A stretch of 35,478 bases of DNA from Pseudomonadota bacterium (GTDB lineage: Bacteria > Pseudomonadota > Gammaproteobacteria > Burkholderiales > JALYOK01): contig JANOGO010000055.1 in NCBI GenBank assembly GCA_031406045.1, forward strand, positions 1-35,478, read 5' to 3'. Below the pieces are notes generated by a model. The model was not told the DNA's origin and did no database searches. It saw nothing but the letters and a program-made list of their open reading frames with translations. Below are positions 35,323-35,478 of the stretch, piece by piece. Made by a program: the position numbers and the translations under genes. Positions within the stretch are counted from its first letter, which is position 1, and every line of letters starts with the position of its first letter.

Positions 35323-35478
35323 CCAAAGAGAGCGGTGCACGGTAAATTTGTTCTCAAGAACCGCATGTCGTGGGAGCCGAGTTCTTTGTCATGCGCAAGT
35401 AGTCGAAGACGAGGCGCGTGCGGAAACTGAGTTTGCGCATCAACGCTGCGATGGATTGAGACGGTTTCTGGAATGACT

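Noticed and set aside
35176-35430. 84-aa ORF at the right edge
   Set aside because: It is composed largely of repeat elements and shows no protein motif.

Overview
A 35.5-kb chromosomal window, probably from a betaproteobacterium (inferred from a lipoylated LpdA, a BTH_I0359/DUF3567-like gene and the pbpG-IclR-lutABC neighbourhood). From left to right: (1) the 3' end of a probable secreted protein, then a Lap/Agg-type type I secretion operon (TolC-like OMP, ABC permease/ATPase, HlyD MFP). (2) A small accessory patch with a cupin gene, a BrnTA toxin-antitoxin pair whose toxin has an in-frame TAA and is missing from the ORF track, and an Mrr type IV restriction nuclease between GTAG-type REP elements. 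(3) The aceE-aceF-lpdA operon, with lpdA broken by an in-frame TAA. (4) A five-gene signalling cluster: PP2C phosphatase, FHA protein, class II cyclic-nucleotide phosphodiesterase, GAF-fused PilB/GspE-type ATPase and GAF/HD-GYP protein. This is the best candidate for an uncharacterised system. (5) Housekeeping and metabolic genes: mobA, apbC, metG, lutA-lutB-aminotransferase-lutC with a divergent IclR, egtD, pbpG, DUF3567, yqaA, a PA0069-family radical SAM gene and a CpdA/GpdQ-like phosphodiesterase. Several intergenic repeat families occur, including a degenerate ~70-bp element seen at least four times. I saw no rRNA, tRNA, CRISPR array or transposase. All family calls come from motif recognition by eye; no database searches were run.
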